A stretch of DNA of 64,000 nucleotides from Paraspadella gotoi (Eukaryota > Animalia > Chaetognatha): contig CM119267.1 of assembly GCA_051294375.1 (NCBI GenBank), positions 20,275,476 to 20,339,475 on the forward strand. The letters are read 5' to 3'. Under the pieces are notes generated by a model. The model was not told where the DNA came from and searched no databases. It saw only the letters and a program-made list of their open reading frames with translations. Position 1 is the stretch's first letter, and every line of letters begins with the position of its first letter. Positions 61,300 through 64,000 of this stretch are shown here, piece by piece. A program made the translations under genes and the position numbers.

Positions 61300-62992
61300 A
61301 ACCCTTTGATTTGAAATCAGAGGTTCCCCCTCCCGCTCTCCATCGTAAACCAACTGCACGTTCACGGGTCAGTTTCGGCCAAACCCTGAGAATCTCCTTT
61401 GCTTCTATCGTTGCGACTTTGTCGCACCGGTAAAAGTACGCCAGTCACACAATTTTTGCTGCCAGGAGGGAACAGTTTTGGATCAGAGTTTGCTCGTTGC
61501 GTTAATTCAAGCCCTTCGTCGGCACCACGAATCAGCACGACGGAAACCGTTGTAACTGTCCTCGCGGTTGCAAGGAACTTCGACGGTGTCTTTTTTGTCT
61601 TGGTTCCGTTCAAAGAGAAACAACCTTCCCAACAACAAACACCAAGCTCATTGACGATGCCGTTCAAGATAGCGAAAACTTTGCAGATCGAGATCGAACA
61701 GTCAAGGCGACGATTATCTCTGTTTCTCACACTGGTTGCTGTAACTGCTTCTGCTACAGACCGAGCGGGTCAAAGTGAAAACGTTTCTATGCCTTCATCT
61801 GAGAATATCGAGCGAAGCGTTCTGGCAGAAGTTTTCAGAAGAAAGTAACGTTGCTAGCGCCCGTCAACTCCTTTAAAGGTTCAAGAAAGGATGCGCTGCA
61901 GAACTTCAATTTTAGCGAATCGTGATAAATCATCCAAACGAAGTGTTGCAACAACCCGACCAATTTTTCCGTCCGAAAGACCCAACAAAGCCCCCCAAAA
62001 AATATATTCGTCGAGCAACCGTCCGCATCGCCCAGACTCAATATCGAAACGTGCGTAGGAATTCGGCAAAACGTCCGAGGCTTGGGGTTAATCCAAGTCG
62101 GCCGTTGTCAGAGGTGGGGACGGATTTAGGCGCCGAGGAAAATACAGCGTGAAGGACGGGGAACGATAGGGCGGCGAGACGATGAGTTCGGAGACGATTA
62201 ACATCCGGGGTCGACGATCAATGGGCAATGGGAAAGTCGGCGTCATTTTTGCTGCCTTTTGTTGCAATAGTAATGGCCTTTTTTGGGGGAAAGAACTTTG
62301 TATTCGTCGTTTTCCTCAGATTCAAAAATAAACGATGTGATAAAGAGCTATGATTAAATAAAGCTTTCGTTTAATACAATAATAGTGACGGAAGACTAGT
62401 TAATACAGAATGTGTTAGGGAGGGGTTAAGGTTGTTTAGGTTAAAGGGTTTAAAGTTCGGGTAATTAAATAATAATTTTGTTAAAATTTTTGTTTAAAAA
62501 AGTAAATATTTTAAATAGTTTTACAAAAGACCGCAAAAACACGGCGGTCGGCGAAAATAAAATTTAGCCGCAGAATGTAAATAGTAATTATTATTCTTGA
62601 TCCAAAATTGGTCAATTGTCATAGTTCAGTTTAAGACGAGCCAGTTTTTGTATCATTTTTAATTTAGTATTTCGTACATCAAACAATAAGGCCCAAAAAA
62701 ATTTCCGCAGGTTTTTTGTTGTTGAAAGTACTACCTACTCTATGTCTCTTCCTTCACCCTCTCTGTCTCCATCCGTCTTCATTGCCATCCTCTGTCTCCT
62801 GCGGATCGGCTCTCGTCGCGAGGGGCCTGGCCCTTCGCCGCTCGCAACCGGGAAAGCGTCGAGCGGAGGCGACGATTTATCGCGTCTGGCGGAATTGGCG
62901 AGGGTCAAGCGAAGACGGTAGATCAGCACTTTTGTTTTTCGTCGAGTTTTACGACTCGACAGATAGAGGGGCGAGGTGAGGATGGGAAGAAA
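61300..62992 (-). CDS. Candidate tandem death-domain-like protein, frameshifted
   Basis: Across frameshifts: EYIFWGALLGLSDGKIGRVVATLRLDDLSRFAKIEVLQRIL..KELTGA-ATLLSSENFCQNASLDILR, then IVNELGV..LLGRLFLF..VVLIR/SW..NATSKL. Both resemble the LGLS..I..I / W...G..AT...L death-fold pattern. An upstream GC-rich exon at 62992-62740 ends at donor GA|gtaggt. Confidence 0.35.
62410..62570 (-). mobile_element. Second, diverged copy of the 54403-54573 element
   Basis: The reverse complement ggctaaattttattttcgccgac...tttaaaatatttacttttttaaacaaaaatt...taaaccctttaacctaaacaaccttaacc is collinear with 54403-54540. Confidence 0.7.
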
Positions 62993-63226
62993 CTAAAAAC
63001 TAGAAAAGATTTTGTTGAAAACTTTGGAATAGTTGAGTAAATTTAGGGACCTTTGCTTTATATTTACGGTTATCGTGCGAAATTTCGCTAGCTAATTTTT
63101 GAACTTTATTCCAAATTAAAACTAAGTAATTAAGAACTATTTTATTAACATAAAAGTCTCGACAAATGTTACACCGCTGGTTTTGTCTCCAAATAAAAAA
63201 AAAACCGTTGATAGACGTAGATTATT

Positions 63227-63830
63227 TTAAATAGCAAAAAATGATTCATTCCAATCCCTTGCAGGCACATCGAAACTCCAGGTCCACGCCTTGAAATATT
63301 TTATCGTGTCGAGTAATTTCGAAGACTTCGTATTTACGCTGAACCAGAGTCAAATCGGTTTAATTTTAGACAAAAAACACAAAATAATGAGAATTAAAAA
63401 TAAGAAAGTCACCTCTGGCTAAATTCCTTTCGGTATTTCGTCAACGGAGAACGTCAATATCGTCGTCCCTGGGACCGTAAGTTCCTACCATGTAGCTCTT
63501 CTTAATCGGTGGTGATTCCTTTTTTCTGGATCTCGTGGTGATACTAATTCCGAGACGATGCGCTCCTCTAAGCCGTGAACTCGAGCTGGATTCTGATAAT
63601 TATTGATGACAGTTAGAGATGAGCCAGTCAATTATTTGTTATTGGTTAAAAAATTCACGAATATGAGTCGGAAATTGACTAAAACTTTGACGAAACTTCT
63701 GAATTCCGACTCCTCTTTATAACGGAGAGAGGCGTCTCGCTGTCGAAGTCGACGCTCATTTCTTTACCGTCGAAGAGAAGCTTCAATGCTTCTGATCTTG
63801 AACGAGAGGATTATCCATTTGCATGGATCG
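63227..63830 (-). CDS. RhoGDI: Rho GDP-dissociation inhibitor, 3' exons (5' end probably at or beyond the window edge), frameshifted
   Basis: Exon ~63830-63699 ends KEESEF-R. Exon 63592-63413 gives IQLEFT..IVS..YHHEIQKKGI..KKSYMVGTYGPRDDD..VDEIPKG-LAR|G. Exon 63338-63227 gives KYEV..AWTWSFDV-ARDW. These match RhoGDI KEGVEYRIKISF / YMVGSYGPR / EEAPKGMLARG / WEWNLTIKKDW. AATAAA on the minus strand at 63146-63141. Confidence 0.9.
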
Positions 63831-64000
63831 AGAGACGATGTTTTAGTTTAATATTTTATAATTTGGAGAAAGCGAGATAAAGCCTATTCGAAAAAAGATG
63901 GCCCAAGAGAAAAATTACCTCGAGTGACCAAATAAAAATAGGTACACGATAGAACGACACAGATTATCTCGGATTTAAGTTTTAAATAAGACACGGATAT

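Noticed and set aside
61399-61848. 149-aa + strand ORF
   Set aside because: No recognisable features; treated as the shadow of the minus-strand death-domain candidate, though not excluded.

Overview
Eukaryotic (metazoan-type) draft genomic DNA, not prokaryotic. It has AT-rich non-coding sequence saturated with (AG/CT)n, (TTTC)n and (GAC)n microsatellites, GC-richer exons, short GT-AG introns (about 65-230 nt) and seven N gaps. Three gaps are exactly 25 N, the size PBJelly-type long-read gap filling uses. Much of the window behaves like unpolished long-read consensus with dense 1-nt indels, so most supplied ORFs are microsatellite or shadow frames and real genes must be read across frameshifts. 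Structure: 11633-30065 is an 18.4-kb fold-back (two 9-kb arms, 287-bp spacer) followed by a third copy (30091-37368); the junction geometry points to an assembly or amplification artefact of a single-copy locus. Securely recognised genes: a long MRP/ABCC1-type transporter (54854-~60531, +) and a RhoGDI (63227-~63830, -). Tentative genes reconstructed by eye: a Thr-rich mucin-like type I membrane protein (three copies), an Asp-rich low-complexity protein, an Ig-domain protein, a PH-domain Gab/Dos/IRS-like adaptor, and a tandem death-domain-like protein just behind RhoGDI. Repeats include a Helentron/HINE-like element, an 18-20-bp satellite, 29- and 66-bp minisatellites and a small inverted-repeat element with telomere-like tracts. 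No rRNA, tRNA or CRISPR array was found. I cannot demonstrate a new biological system; the best leads are the RhoGDI/death-domain pair and the orphan surface and signalling genes.
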